DNA of 64,000 bases from a virus, in IMG/VR virus record IMGVR_UViG_3300044613_001897. One strand, given 5' to 3'. The notes under the pieces are model-generated. The model had not been told where the DNA came from and made no database searches. It saw only the letters and a list, made by a program, of their open reading frames with translations. This document shows, in pieces, positions 11,070-20,645 of this stretch (within the stretch, counting starts at the first letter, position 1; every line of letters begins with the position of its first letter). A program made the position numbers and the translations under genes.

Positions 11070-11104
11070 TATTTAAACTATTTTTATATTTATTAATAAA
11101 GTAT

Positions 11105-11347
11105 ATGGCATTAGTCCCACAAACATTACAAGTACAGATATATAACGCATTTTTAAAAGCATTTAATAATAAGGCTGCGACCCCGGAAACATGTGCATTA
11201 CAAATATCTAATGACTTAGCATTAGCAATAGACATATATATTAAATCGCAAACAATAATAGTCCCACCAGGACAATCAGTATTAGCGCCACCACCAGCCG
11301 GGACAGGTACAACAGTATCACCATCCTCACCTGCAATAATATCATAA
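11105..11347 (+). CDS. Small hypothetical protein, probably virion-associated
   Basis: 80 aa. ATATTTAT motif upstream at 11086. Confidence 0.55.
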   Translation: MALVPQTLQVQIYNAFLKAFNNKAATPETCALQISNDLALAIDIYIKSQTIIVPPGQSVLAPPPAGTGTTVSPSSPAIIS

Positions 11348-11351
11348 TCTT

Positions 11352-12935
11352 ATGAGCGATAAATACAAAGAAATAATTAAACAAGAGTATAGGAAATGTT
11401 TTCAAGATCCTATATACTTTATGAAAAAATATTGTGTGATACAACATCCACAAAAAGGTAAGATAAACTTTAACTTATATTCATATCAGGAAGATTGTTT
11501 ACGAGACTTTAACACATATGATTACAATATTATATTGAAATCAAGACAGCTAGGTATATCAACCTTATGTGCTGCTTATTCATTATGGTATATGACATTT
11601 TATGGAGATAAAAATATAATGGTACTTGCAACTAAACAAGAAGTAGCTAAAAATCTAGTAACTAAAGTTAGAGTAATGTATCAGAATTTACCTAGTTGGA
11701 TAAAAGTACCTTCTGTAGAAGATAATAAATTAAGTCTTAGATTTAAAAATGGTTCACAAATAAAAGCTACAACAACAAATAGTGATGCAGGTCGATCTGA
11801 ATCATTGTCAATGCTTGTTGTAGATGAAGCTGCGTTCATCGACAATATAGATATAGTGTGGTCAGCTGCTCAACAAACACTTGCTACAGGAGGAAAGGCA
11901 ATTTTATTATCATCACCTAATGGTACCGGCAACTTTTTTCATAAAACATGGGAGGATGCGGAAAATAATCCTAAAAGTAGATTTCATCATATTCGATTAC
12001 CATGGACTGTACATCCTGAACGAGACCAAGCTTGGAGGGATAAACAAGATGAATTATTAGGACCAAGAATGGCTTCGCAAGAATGTGATGCCGATTTCAT
12101 TTCATCAGGAAATACATTACTGGAACCGGATTTATTATCCTGGTATGAAAATACAACAGTACAAGAACCTGTTGAGAAACGAGGGTTTGACGGTAATTTA
12201 TGGATATGGGAATATCCAAATTATTCTAGACAGTATGTGGTTAGCGCTGACGTTGCAAGAGGCGATGGTGGGGACTATTCAGCATTCCATATAATAGATG
12301 TAGAAACCTTAACACAGGTTGCTGAATATAAAGGACAAATAGGTACTAAAGAATTTGGACATATGTTAATGTCAGTTGCTACAGAATATAATAAAGCGTT
12401 ATTAGTAGTAGAAAATGCTAACGTAGGATGGGCAGCATTACAACCAATTATAGAATCAGGATACGAAAATCTATTCTATGCAGCAAACGATTTATCTATA
12501 ATGGATATACAAGCACAAATAGCTAAGGGATATGATCTAAAGGATAAGTATAATATGAAACCTGGATTTAGTACTACAAGTAGGACTAGACCACTATTAA
12601 TATCAAAACTAGATACTGTAGCAAGAGAGCGATGTATTATAATTAGAAGTAAGAGACTAATGTCAGAACTTAGAGTATTTATATGGAAAGGTGATAGAGC
12701 CGAAGCTCAATCTGGATATAACGATGATTTAGTTATGTCATTTTGTATAGGGCTATGGGTACGAGATACAGCGTTTAAACTGATACAACAAGGTTTGGAT
12801 TTAACTAAACGAGCATTAGGTCATATTCATAAATCTGGTGAAACATCAATATATTCACCAGGTATCGTTAGACAAACAGGATGGTCAATGTCAAATGGAA
12901 AGGGTAGTGAAGAAAGTTTAACCTGGTTAATTTGA
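11352..12935 (+). CDS. terL: Terminase large subunit (T4 gp17-like)
   Basis: Walker A KSRQLGIST, Walker B LVVDEAAF, SSPNG coupling motif, nuclease ADVARGDGGDYS and NDDLVMS. Confidence 0.97.
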   Translation: MSDKYKEIIKQEYRKCFQDPIYFMKKYCVIQHPQKGKINFNLYSYQEDCLRDFNTYDYNIILKSRQLGISTLCAAYSLWYMTFYGDKNIMVLATKQEVAKNLVTKVRVMYQNLPSWIKVPSVEDNKLSLRFKNGSQIKATTTNSDAGRSESLSMLVVDEAAFIDNIDIVWSAAQQTLATGGKAILLSSPNGTGNFFHKTWEDAENNPKSRFHHIRLPWTVHPERDQAWRDKQDELLGPRMASQECDADFISSGNTLLEPDLLSWYENTTVQEPVEKRGFDGNLWIWEYPNYSRQYVVSADVARGDGGDYSAFHIIDVETLTQVAEYKGQIGTKEFGHMLMSVATEYNKALLVVENANVGWAALQPIIESGYENLFYAANDLSIMDIQAQIAKGYDLKDKYNMKPGFSTTSRTRPLLISKLDTVARERCIIIRSKRLMSELRVFIWKGDRAEAQSGYNDDLVMSFCIGLWVRDTAFKLIQQGLDLTKRALGHIHKSGETSIYSPGIVRQTGWSMSNGKGSEESLTWLI

Positions 12936-12964
12936 TTATTGATATTTATTTAATATATTAATGT

Positions 12965-13057
12965 ATGGATTATTCTAGTATATACAATAGAATTATAGAA
13001 AAACGAATACAAACAAGAAATATAAACAAATATGGCAGAGAAAGACTTATACAGTAG
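12965..13057 (+). pseudogene. 30-codon remnant resembling the N-terminus of phage HNH homing endonucleases
   Basis: MDYSSIYNRIIEKR..., with its ATG 15 nt after an ATATTTAT motif. Runs out of frame into the portal start. Confidence 0.4.
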
Positions 13058-14903
13058 ACTCAAACGAATCTTTAGCAACAATGTCATCGTACGAAGAATT
13101 GGCAAAGATGCAATTAAAGTTGTAGATAATGATGCGCTACAATCATCGGGGAATATAAATATAAGTAGATACATAGACAGGTTTACTCGTTTACATGGAG
13201 TAAAATCACAACTATCTACTTATAACAACAATTATAACTATTATAGTTCAAAAACAGAATTATATACCGATTATGAGGTAATGGATACAGATTCCATTAT
13301 TAATAGTGCTCTCGACATTTATGCAGATGAAACAGTAATGAAAGATGAGTTCGGACAAATATTATCAATACGTAGCGATGACCAAAGAATTACAAAGATA
13401 TTAGACAATCTATTCTTTGATGTATTAAATGTAGATTTTAACTTGTGGCCTTGGGTTAGGAATATGTGTAAGTATGGAGATTTCTATCTCAAGTTAGACA
13501 TTCATCCTGAAATAGGAGTAGTAAATGTTACTCCAATGTCATCATATGAAATGATTAGAGAAGAAGGTGTAGATCCAAATCAACCATATTTAGTACAATT
13601 TGCAAATTTTAACTATAAAGGTGTTAAATGGGAAAACTATGAAGTAGCCCATTTTAGACTATTATCAGATTCTAACTTTTTACCTTATGGTAAATCAATG
13701 CTAGAGGGCGCAAGAAAAGTTTGGAAGCAGTTGACATTAATGGAAGATGCAATGCTTATTCATAGAATTATGCGTGCACCTGAAAGACGTAAGTTTAAAA
13801 TAGATATAGGTAATATTCCACCTAATGAGGTTGATGGTTATATGCAAAAAATCATTAATCAAATGAAAAAGACTCCGTTTATGGATGAAAAAACGGGAGA
13901 ATATAACTTAAAGTTTAACTTACAAAATATGTTAGAAGATTTCTATTTACCAGTACGAGGACAACAGTCAGGTACTGAAATAGAATCATTAAGTGGTATG
14001 GAATGGACAGGTATAGATGACATAGAATATCTTAGAAATAGAATGATGGCAGGACTTAAAGTACCAAAAGCATTCTTAGGATATGATGAAAGTATTTCAG
14101 GTAAAGCTACATTAGCCGCAGAAGATGTTCGGTTTGCTAGAACTATTGAAAGAATTCAACGTATAATAATTTCAGAATTAACTAAAATTGCTATTGTCCA
14201 TTTATATGCACAAGGATTCGAAGGTCCTGATATGATTAATTTTGAAATCAAAATGACATCACCATCTGCAATATATGAACAAGAAAAAATAACATTATGG
14301 AATTCTAAAGTTGATTTAGGAAAATCAATGATGGAAGGCAAACTAATGTCATCAGATTTTATATACAAACATGTATTTAACTTTACAGATGATGAAATTG
14401 CTAAAATGAATGATGATATTACAAAAGATCAAAAAGAAGCATTTAGAAGAAATAAAATAGCGGAAGAGGGTGAAGATCCTAAAAACCCTGTAGGTAAACC
14501 TGAAGAGGAGGAAGGTGGTGAAGATGAAGAAGAAGGTGCGGCAAATCCATTTGGTGGTGAAGAGGAAGGGGCAGAAGAAGGCGGTGAAGAAACAGGAGGA
14601 GAAGAGACTACTACAGAAGAGGGAGTTGAACGTAAAACACCAGAAGTACCAAAGGGAGGATGGCCTGGAGCAGGCAGACCTAAAGAATCAACAAAATATG
14701 GAACTAATAGGCACGTAAGAGGTAGGGATCCATTAGGTAAAGAAGAATTAAAAAAACTAACTAGAACTACTGAGGATATAAAGAAACAGTTCGGCATCAC
14801 TAAAATAGATAAAGTTAAAAAACAAGCTAGTAAAATAATATCAGAAACTAAAAAGACTGATTCATTATTAGATGAAAATCAAATTATTGACGGTGAAATA
14901 TAA
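13032..14903 (+). CDS. Portal protein (T4 gp20-like)
   Basis: LMEDAMLIHRIMRAPERR, IDIGNIPP, NMLEDFYLPVRG and acidic C-terminal tail. Follows the terminase. Confidence 0.97.
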   Translation: MAEKDLYSRLKRIFSNNVIVRRIGKDAIKVVDNDALQSSGNINISRYIDRFTRLHGVKSQLSTYNNNYNYYSSKTELYTDYEVMDTDSIINSALDIYADETVMKDEFGQILSIRSDDQRITKILDNLFFDVLNVDFNLWPWVRNMCKYGDFYLKLDIHPEIGVVNVTPMSSYEMIREEGVDPNQPYLVQFANFNYKGVKWENYEVAHFRLLSDSNFLPYGKSMLEGARKVWKQLTLMEDAMLIHRIMRAPERRKFKIDIGNIPPNEVDGYMQKIINQMKKTPFMDEKTGEYNLKFNLQNMLEDFYLPVRGQQSGTEIESLSGMEWTGIDDIEYLRNRMMAGLKVPKAFLGYDESISGKATLAAEDVRFARTIERIQRIIISELTKIAIVHLYAQGFEGPDMINFEIKMTSPSAIYEQEKITLWNSKVDLGKSMMEGKLMSSDFIYKHVFNFTDDEIAKMNDDITKDQKEAFRRNKIAEEGEDPKNPVGKPEEEEGGEDEEEGAANPFGGEEEGAEEGGEETGGEETTTEEGVERKTPEVPKGGWPGAGRPKESTKYGTNRHVRGRDPLGKEELKKLTRTTEDIKKQFGITKIDKVKKQASKIISETKKTDSLLDENQIIDGEI

Positions 14904-14947
14904 AATTTCATCATATTTATATAAAATTATATCATCATAATCATACC

Positions 14948-15790
14948 ATGAAGAAATTAAAGCATTCGAAATTTAAAAATACTGGTATATTATTTGAGAT
15001 GTTAGTCAGACAAATTGCTGCTGATACCTTAAATAATACTAAATCTAAATCGATTGATCTAATTAAAAAGTATTTCAATAAGAATACTGAACTTTCTAAA
15101 GAATTAGAACTATACCAAACTCTAATGACTGAAAAGTTTAACAAAGATACTAAAGCAACTCAATTACTTGAAGCTGTAGTACAAACTAGAAAACAACTAA
15201 ATAGTCAAGCATTATCTAGACAAAAATATAATCTTATAAAGGATATACAAAAAGCATATCCAATACAAGAATTTTTTAAATGTAATGTTAATAACTATAA
15301 AGAACTAGCTTCAATATATAAATTATTTGAATATGAGTTAGCAGATAATCCTGCTGATATGGTTAGAACAAGACATGCTATCGTAGAGCAGATTTGTACT
15401 AAGAATGCAAGTAAACCTGAAGTTGCTGAACTTAAAGAATTTACTCAACAAGATAAAGATATAAGATTACTATCATATAAACTATTAGTTGATAAGTTCA
15501 ATACAAAATATTCAACATTGAATGGTGCGCAGAAAGGATTATTAAGAGAATACATAAATAATGTAAATAATACAGTAGCTTTAAAGTCATATATTGATTT
15601 AGAAGTTCCCAAATTACAATCAGCATTAAAAATATTTATACCTAAAATAGGGGATAAAGTTACTAAAATTAAATTGACCGAAACAGTTTCATTACTAGAT
15701 AAAATTAAAACATCAAAGTCAATTAAAGATAATCATATATTATCAATGTTACGCTATTACGAATTAGTAAAAGAACTAAAGAAAATATAA
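14948..15790 (+). CDS. Head-module protein, probable prohead core component
   Basis: Between portal and protease. Helical, KHSKFKNTGILFE N-terminus. Confidence 0.6.
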   Translation: MKKLKHSKFKNTGILFEMLVRQIAADTLNNTKSKSIDLIKKYFNKNTELSKELELYQTLMTEKFNKDTKATQLLEAVVQTRKQLNSQALSRQKYNLIKDIQKAYPIQEFFKCNVNNYKELASIYKLFEYELADNPADMVRTRHAIVEQICTKNASKPEVAELKEFTQQDKDIRLLSYKLLVDKFNTKYSTLNGAQKGLLREYINNVNNTVALKSYIDLEVPKLQSALKIFIPKIGDKVTKIKLTETVSLLDKIKTSKSIKDNHILSMLRYYELVKELKKI

Positions 15791-15791
15791 T

Positions 15792-16073
15792 ATGGCAGTA
15801 AATATAGATCCAGGGTATAGCTATTCAAACGCATATAGCAACCAAAGAGCATCATTAAATATGGGAATTGGTGATGCAAGCCAATTAGTTACAGGATCAT
15901 TAACACTTACAAACGTTAATAGCGGAATATTATTAAGTGGTTCTGCAGCAGGTACTATTACATTGTTAGATGGTAGCACAATTAATTTAGCTACGTTATC
16001 AACAGGTGTGCAATACACATTAGCATTAACAGCAGTTAGTGCATCTGCAGGTGGAGTTTATGTAATTTATTAA
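15792..16073 (+). CDS. Small beta-rich virion protein, possible head decoration
   Basis: 93 aa, TGS/SGS-rich, located in the head module. Confidence 0.5.
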   Translation: MAVNIDPGYSYSNAYSNQRASLNMGIGDASQLVTGSLTLTNVNSGILLSGSAAGTITLLDGSTINLATLSTGVQYTLALTAVSASAGGVYVIY

Positions 16074-16082
16074 AAATACACA

Positions 16083-16601
16083 ATGAACAAAGGATATATA
16101 AATCAAATGCTAACTAAACTAAGATTAACTGAGGGTGAACAATTACCTAAAGATATTTTAGATGCTGAAGGAATTACGCCTGATGAAGATATTGATGAAG
16201 TATCTACTAGTGCAGGAGCAGGTGCATATCAAACACCATATGCTTTCGGAAAAGCTGACGATGATACTATAGAAGCAATGGGATATAAAAAAGTGAAAAA
16301 GAAAAACGCTAATGAATCTCGATTTATGCAGATATCAAAAGAATTGCATTTGAATGAAGCTTCATATAAAGATTATAAAAACGATATAACGAATACACCT
16401 CAACAAAAGGTTAATAAAGCGATACATGAAGTAAGTAAAAAGATGATTGAGATAGAAAGATTAGTAAATCAAAATCTTAAACTTAAAAAAGAAATGCGAG
16501 TTAACAATAACGAGTTCTGGAAATCTACACAAGGTAGAATGTATAAAATTTCAGAAAGATTGATACGTATTGCTAACCAATTAAAAGAATTAAATTCGTA
16601 A
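16083..16601 (+). CDS. Head-module hypothetical protein
   Basis: Several LxE/IxE sites (LTE, IDE, LNE) and a C-terminal coiled coil. Confidence 0.6.
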   Translation: MNKGYINQMLTKLRLTEGEQLPKDILDAEGITPDEDIDEVSTSAGAGAYQTPYAFGKADDDTIEAMGYKKVKKKNANESRFMQISKELHLNEASYKDYKNDITNTPQQKVNKAIHEVSKKMIEIERLVNQNLKLKKEMRVNNNEFWKSTQGRMYKISERLIRIANQLKELNS

Positions 16602-16602
16602 T

Positions 16603-17202
16603 ATGAAACAACTATTAGTAGATTTTTTACCATTTCAAATAACACCACAGCAGATATCTGAATCAATGACTTCTAATAATGGAAGATTATTGGTTAAAGG
16701 TGTATTACAAAGAGCAGAAGCTACCAATCAAAATGGTAGAGTATATCCTAAGCCTATATTGGAAAGAGAAGCAACAAAGTATAATGATGTAAACATTAAG
16801 CAGCGTAGGGCCTTAGGAGAGTTAGACCACCCTGATTCGCAAATCGTTAATCTAAATAATGTTTCGCATAATATTGTGGAGATGCATTGGAACGGAAATG
16901 ATTTAGTTGGTACTGTAGAAGTATTAACTACACCTGCAGGAAATATATTAAGAGAATTATTTAAGGCAGGTATTACATTAGGCATATCTTCAAGAGGTAT
17001 GGGGTCTGTTAGAGAATTAGGTGAGGGTAAAGTTGCTGTTCAAGATGACTTTGATCTTATAGCATTTGATTTTGTATCTAACCCATCAACACAAGGTGCA
17101 TTCCTAAAGCCAGTAAATGAGTCGGTAAATAACGGACTTATTTCAACAAATAAATACAACACAGTAAATCGTATTATTACAGATATATTAACAGACTTCT
17201 AA
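16603..17202 (+). CDS. Prohead core protease (T4 gp21-like)
   Basis: NQNGRVYP, ALGELDHP (catalytic His), GISSRGMGS (catalytic Ser), FDFVSNPS. Confidence 0.96.
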   Translation: MKQLLVDFLPFQITPQQISESMTSNNGRLLVKGVLQRAEATNQNGRVYPKPILEREATKYNDVNIKQRRALGELDHPDSQIVNLNNVSHNIVEMHWNGNDLVGTVEVLTTPAGNILRELFKAGITLGISSRGMGSVRELGEGKVAVQDDFDLIAFDFVSNPSTQGAFLKPVNESVNNGLISTNKYNTVNRIITDILTDF

Positions 17203-17213
17203 ATTTATAAATT

Positions 17214-17681
17214 ATGCCAGCAGTATCAAAAGCACAACAAAAATTATTCGGGCTTGTAAAAGCCGTAAAAGCAGGAAAAGCAAAAACTTCATCGGTATCA
17301 AAAGATGTTAAGGATATTGCAAAAACTATGACTACAAAAGAAATAGATAAATTTGCAGGAACTAAACATAAAGGATTACCTGAAAAGAAAAAGGAAGTCA
17401 AAAAAGATGTTAAAAAGGAATCATTACAAATACAAGAATTACGTAATACTATCAGAGAAGTGATTAAGCAATCATTACGTGAAGATATAAATGAATTTGA
17501 TTTTGAAGATTTTGATAATACAGATTTAAACGGCGCGTCAGTAGAAATGGCAATAGATGACTTATTCGGCGAATTCCAAAATTCAATTGATAAAGTATTA
17601 TCAGCAAATGCTGGATTGAAATCAAAAGCAAGAATTGCTATAAAGCAGATGATTGTCGACAAACTAAAACAATGGAAATAA
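17214..17681 (+). CDS. DUF3008-like N-terminal domain plus an internal ELRNTIREVI helix
   Basis: MPAVSKAQQK...FAGTKHKGLPEK. Confidence 0.6.
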   Translation: MPAVSKAQQKLFGLVKAVKAGKAKTSSVSKDVKDIAKTMTTKEIDKFAGTKHKGLPEKKKEVKKDVKKESLQIQELRNTIREVIKQSLREDINEFDFEDFDNTDLNGASVEMAIDDLFGEFQNSIDKVLSANAGLKSKARIAIKQMIVDKLKQWK

Positions 17682-17682
17682 T

Positions 17683-18282
17683 ATGAAAAAGAAGTCATTA
17701 AAAGAAGGAGCCGGAGCTTGGGGTATAGTAACACCAAGAAAAGTAAATAACATTAGCTTAACTAAACTTGCTAAAGAAGCTTGGGAACCAACACGTCAGG
17801 AAGAAACTACTATGAGTCCTGAGGATAAGAAAAAGTTTATGGAAGCTATAAACAATTTCTCATCATTAAATAACTCTATTTACAGAGAACAGTCATTGCA
17901 AGAGATTACAGCAAAATTAAAAGAAATAGTTGAAGCTGCATCTCATATAACAGTAACTGAAACTGAAGATTGGTTTGATAGAGTTACCGTACAACGTCAT
18001 ATGAAACAGTTAGGAGAATCATATAAAACATTTGAAAAGACTGCAAAACAAATATCAGAACTTCAACAAAGATTAGAAGCTTGTTATGAAGATATCGGCA
18101 CCGGATTAAATAAATACTATAATATTAGTCCATCAGTTAATGAAGGAGCTGATTATCAAAAGTTCTTTGTAGATGCTATGAAGAAGTTTAACGTAAAATC
18201 GCCAGCAGATTTTAAAGATGCAAAAAAGAAACAAGAATTCTTTGATTTTGTAGATGCTAATTATAAAGGTAAACACGAATAA
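17683..18282 (+). CDS. Head-module hypothetical protein
   Basis: 199 aa, coiled coil, small C-terminal module after SVNE. Confidence 0.6.
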   Translation: MKKKSLKEGAGAWGIVTPRKVNNISLTKLAKEAWEPTRQEETTMSPEDKKKFMEAINNFSSLNNSIYREQSLQEITAKLKEIVEAASHITVTETEDWFDRVTVQRHMKQLGESYKTFEKTAKQISELQQRLEACYEDIGTGLNKYYNISPSVNEGADYQKFFVDAMKKFNVKSPADFKDAKKKQEFFDFVDANYKGKHE

Positions 18283-18284
18283 TA

Positions 18285-19076
18285 ATGAAACTAATTACTG
18301 CAGTGCCTAGACATACTAGAGCATATCTTTTAGTAAAAGAATCTTTAAGTAAATATGATACATCAATCTTATCAGAAGCTGGTATAGCTTCCGATGCAGA
18401 TTTAGAAAAATTACTAAAGGGTATTGCAATGGATTTATCTAAAAAACGATTATCAACTGTAGATCCGCAGAAAGTAGATTTAGAAGATATCGAACAAGAA
18501 AAAGATCAGACTAATGAGGAAGTTTTATCGGAAGGATTACTTTTAACATTATTTTTAGCATCACCCACTATAATTAAATTGATGGGTAAACTTATTGATT
18601 GGGCATATAGTAAGTTAATGTTGAGTTCAGATGAAAAAGCTGAACTAGAACAGTTTAAAAAAGACTATGCTGAAGCTGAAAAAGCTAATGATCAAGCAAA
18701 AATAAAAGAGCTGCATGATAAAATATATGCGTCTAAATTAGGTAAAGCATTAGATAAGTTTGCTCATATGGCGCATGGTGCATTTGTAAAACCTATAGAG
18801 ATTCTACTAAAAGGAGTTGCTTGGATGAATAAAAACGAATGGCTAAAAAAGAACTCACATCAGGTAGCTGAATTATTATATGCTATTATAATGATAGGAG
18901 TAGCAGGCCATGGTATCACACATGCATTAGATGGTGTTACTGGTGTAAAGGCAGCGATTACACAATTAGGAACTAACACAGACAAATTATCACATTTAAC
19001 TATAGATACATTAAAAGGTGGTGATATGACTTGGGAAGTAATTAAAAATGTATTGAACAAAGTAGTTAAAAATTAA
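18285..19076 (+). CDS. Hypothetical helical protein with hydrophobic segments
   Basis: 263 aa. ILSE and VLSE sites precede hydrophobic helices. Confidence 0.55.
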   Translation: MKLITAVPRHTRAYLLVKESLSKYDTSILSEAGIASDADLEKLLKGIAMDLSKKRLSTVDPQKVDLEDIEQEKDQTNEEVLSEGLLLTLFLASPTIIKLMGKLIDWAYSKLMLSSDEKAELEQFKKDYAEAEKANDQAKIKELHDKIYASKLGKALDKFAHMAHGAFVKPIEILLKGVAWMNKNEWLKKNSHQVAELLYAIIMIGVAGHGITHALDGVTGVKAAITQLGTNTDKLSHLTIDTLKGGDMTWEVIKNVLNKVVKN

Positions 19077-19130
19077 TTTCTCTATTTTGATACATATTTA
19101 TTATAAATTAATTAATCAAAAAAAAAAACA

Positions 19131-19466
19131 ATGAAACAATCAGAATTCAGAGCTCTTATCAGAGAGGAAGTTAAAAAAATATTAAGTGAAGGTAATGATA
19201 TAGAAAAACTTCCAAAAATAATGGCCAAACTAGATGCAAATGCAGCCTCGGTAGGCATGAAACTTATGAAAAAAGCAGGTAAATCGGGTGAAGAAGGTGT
19301 CAATTTTATTAGAAAGTGGAAAGGAAACGATGGGTATGTCGTACTGTATACTGAAGATAACGATGGAACATGTTCTATATACTTTGAAACAGATGATATG
19401 TCGGGTAACGATGATTACGAAGAGTGGATGCAGTTAAGTAATTGGAAAGGCTATTTTGGTAAATAA
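19131..19466 (+). CDS. Leader-A (MKQSEFRALIREE) accessory protein
   Basis: Shared N-terminal leader, own promoter motif and terminator. Confidence 0.7.
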   Translation: MKQSEFRALIREEVKKILSEGNDIEKLPKIMAKLDANAASVGMKLMKKAGKSGEEGVNFIRKWKGNDGYVVLYTEDNDGTCSIYFETDDMSGNDDYEEWMQLSNWKGYFGK

Positions 19467-19520
19467 AGCTTTGAACCCTACTACAAGTAAGTAAGATTAC
19501 TTGGTTAATAGCATAATATG

Positions 19521-19552
19521 AATGCCTCAAGTAGAAATATTTGAGGCATTTT
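19521..19552 (+). terminator. Intrinsic terminator, aatgcctca family
   Basis: aatgcctcaa-N10-ttgaggcatt followed by tt. Confidence 0.75.
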
Positions 19553-19713
19553 CATGAAAAGTTTAATCATTCTGATATTTTGCTCAAACATTTACATATA
19601 TATTATAGAATATACCTTATGGACATCCTGTTCAATTCTAATATAAGGTTAAATAATTATTAATTTTTATTATAGTTCTAATAACTATATTTCCAAAAAC
19701 AAATTTAAGGAAA

Positions 19714-20619
19714 ATGAAAGATTTACTAAAAGAAGCTATCGCTGATGCTAAGGCTGTTCGTGAGACTGCACTAGCAAATGCTAAGTTAGCACTAGAAGAA
19801 GCTTTTACCCCTAGATTACAATCAATAATCTCAGCTCAATTACAAAATGAGGAAGCTGAAGATGAGATGTATGATGACGAGGAAGAAGTGGAAATGGACG
19901 CTCCAGAAATGGAAGGTGCTCCAGGTGAAGAATCTGCTCCGGAAGTGAGTGCTGAAGAAGCACCTGAAGCTGAAGTAGAAGATGAGGAGGAGGAAGACAT
20001 CGATTTAGAAGAAATCATTCGCGAACTAGAAGGCGCTGAAGATGATGACATGGAAATGGATGAAGAATTAGATTCTTCAGAAGTTGGTGTATCAGATAAT
20101 AAGAACCCTTCTGAAGAAGCGTCTGAAGCAACTGAGGATGGCGACATCGATCTTTTCGAAGATGATGAAATGTCTGATGATGAAGAAATTGATTTAGATG
20201 AAATTATCAATTCTTTGAAAGAAGAAGATGAAATGGATTCTGAAGAAGAAGTTGAAACATCAGAAGATGAATTAGAAGAGGCGTACAATGTTATTCGTTA
20301 TCTAAAAGATAAAATTAACGAAGTTAACCTATTGAATGCTAAACTTCTTTATTCAAACAAATTGTTTAAGTCTCACAACTTGAACGAAAATCAAAAAATG
20401 AAGGTTATCGAGAATTTCGATAGAGCAGTTTCTCTACGTGAAGTTAAGTTAGTTTACTCTACTTTAGCAGAATCATTTAAGCAACCTGTAGCTAAAAAAG
20501 TGGTTAAAGAATCATTTGCAAGCAGACCGGTAGCATCTACTAAACCTAGCAGCAAGACTGTATTAACTGAAGGTACTGAATTAGCTAATCGATTCAAAAA
20601 ATTAGCTGGGCTTATTTAA
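19714..20619 (+). CDS. Prohead scaffold protein (T4 gp22-like)
   Basis: Highly acidic, many L/I-x-E sites, C-terminal RFKKLAGLI, immediately upstream of the major capsid gene. Confidence 0.85.
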   Translation: MKDLLKEAIADAKAVRETALANAKLALEEAFTPRLQSIISAQLQNEEAEDEMYDDEEEVEMDAPEMEGAPGEESAPEVSAEEAPEAEVEDEEEEDIDLEEIIRELEGAEDDDMEMDEELDSSEVGVSDNKNPSEEASEATEDGDIDLFEDDEMSDDEEIDLDEIINSLKEEDEMDSEEEVETSEDELEEAYNVIRYLKDKINEVNLLNAKLLYSNKLFKSHNLNENQKMKVIENFDRAVSLREVKLVYSTLAESFKQPVAKKVVKESFASRPVASTKPSSKTVLTEGTELANRFKKLAGLI

Positions 20620-20645
20620 TTAACAAAAAACAAACAAACAAAAAA

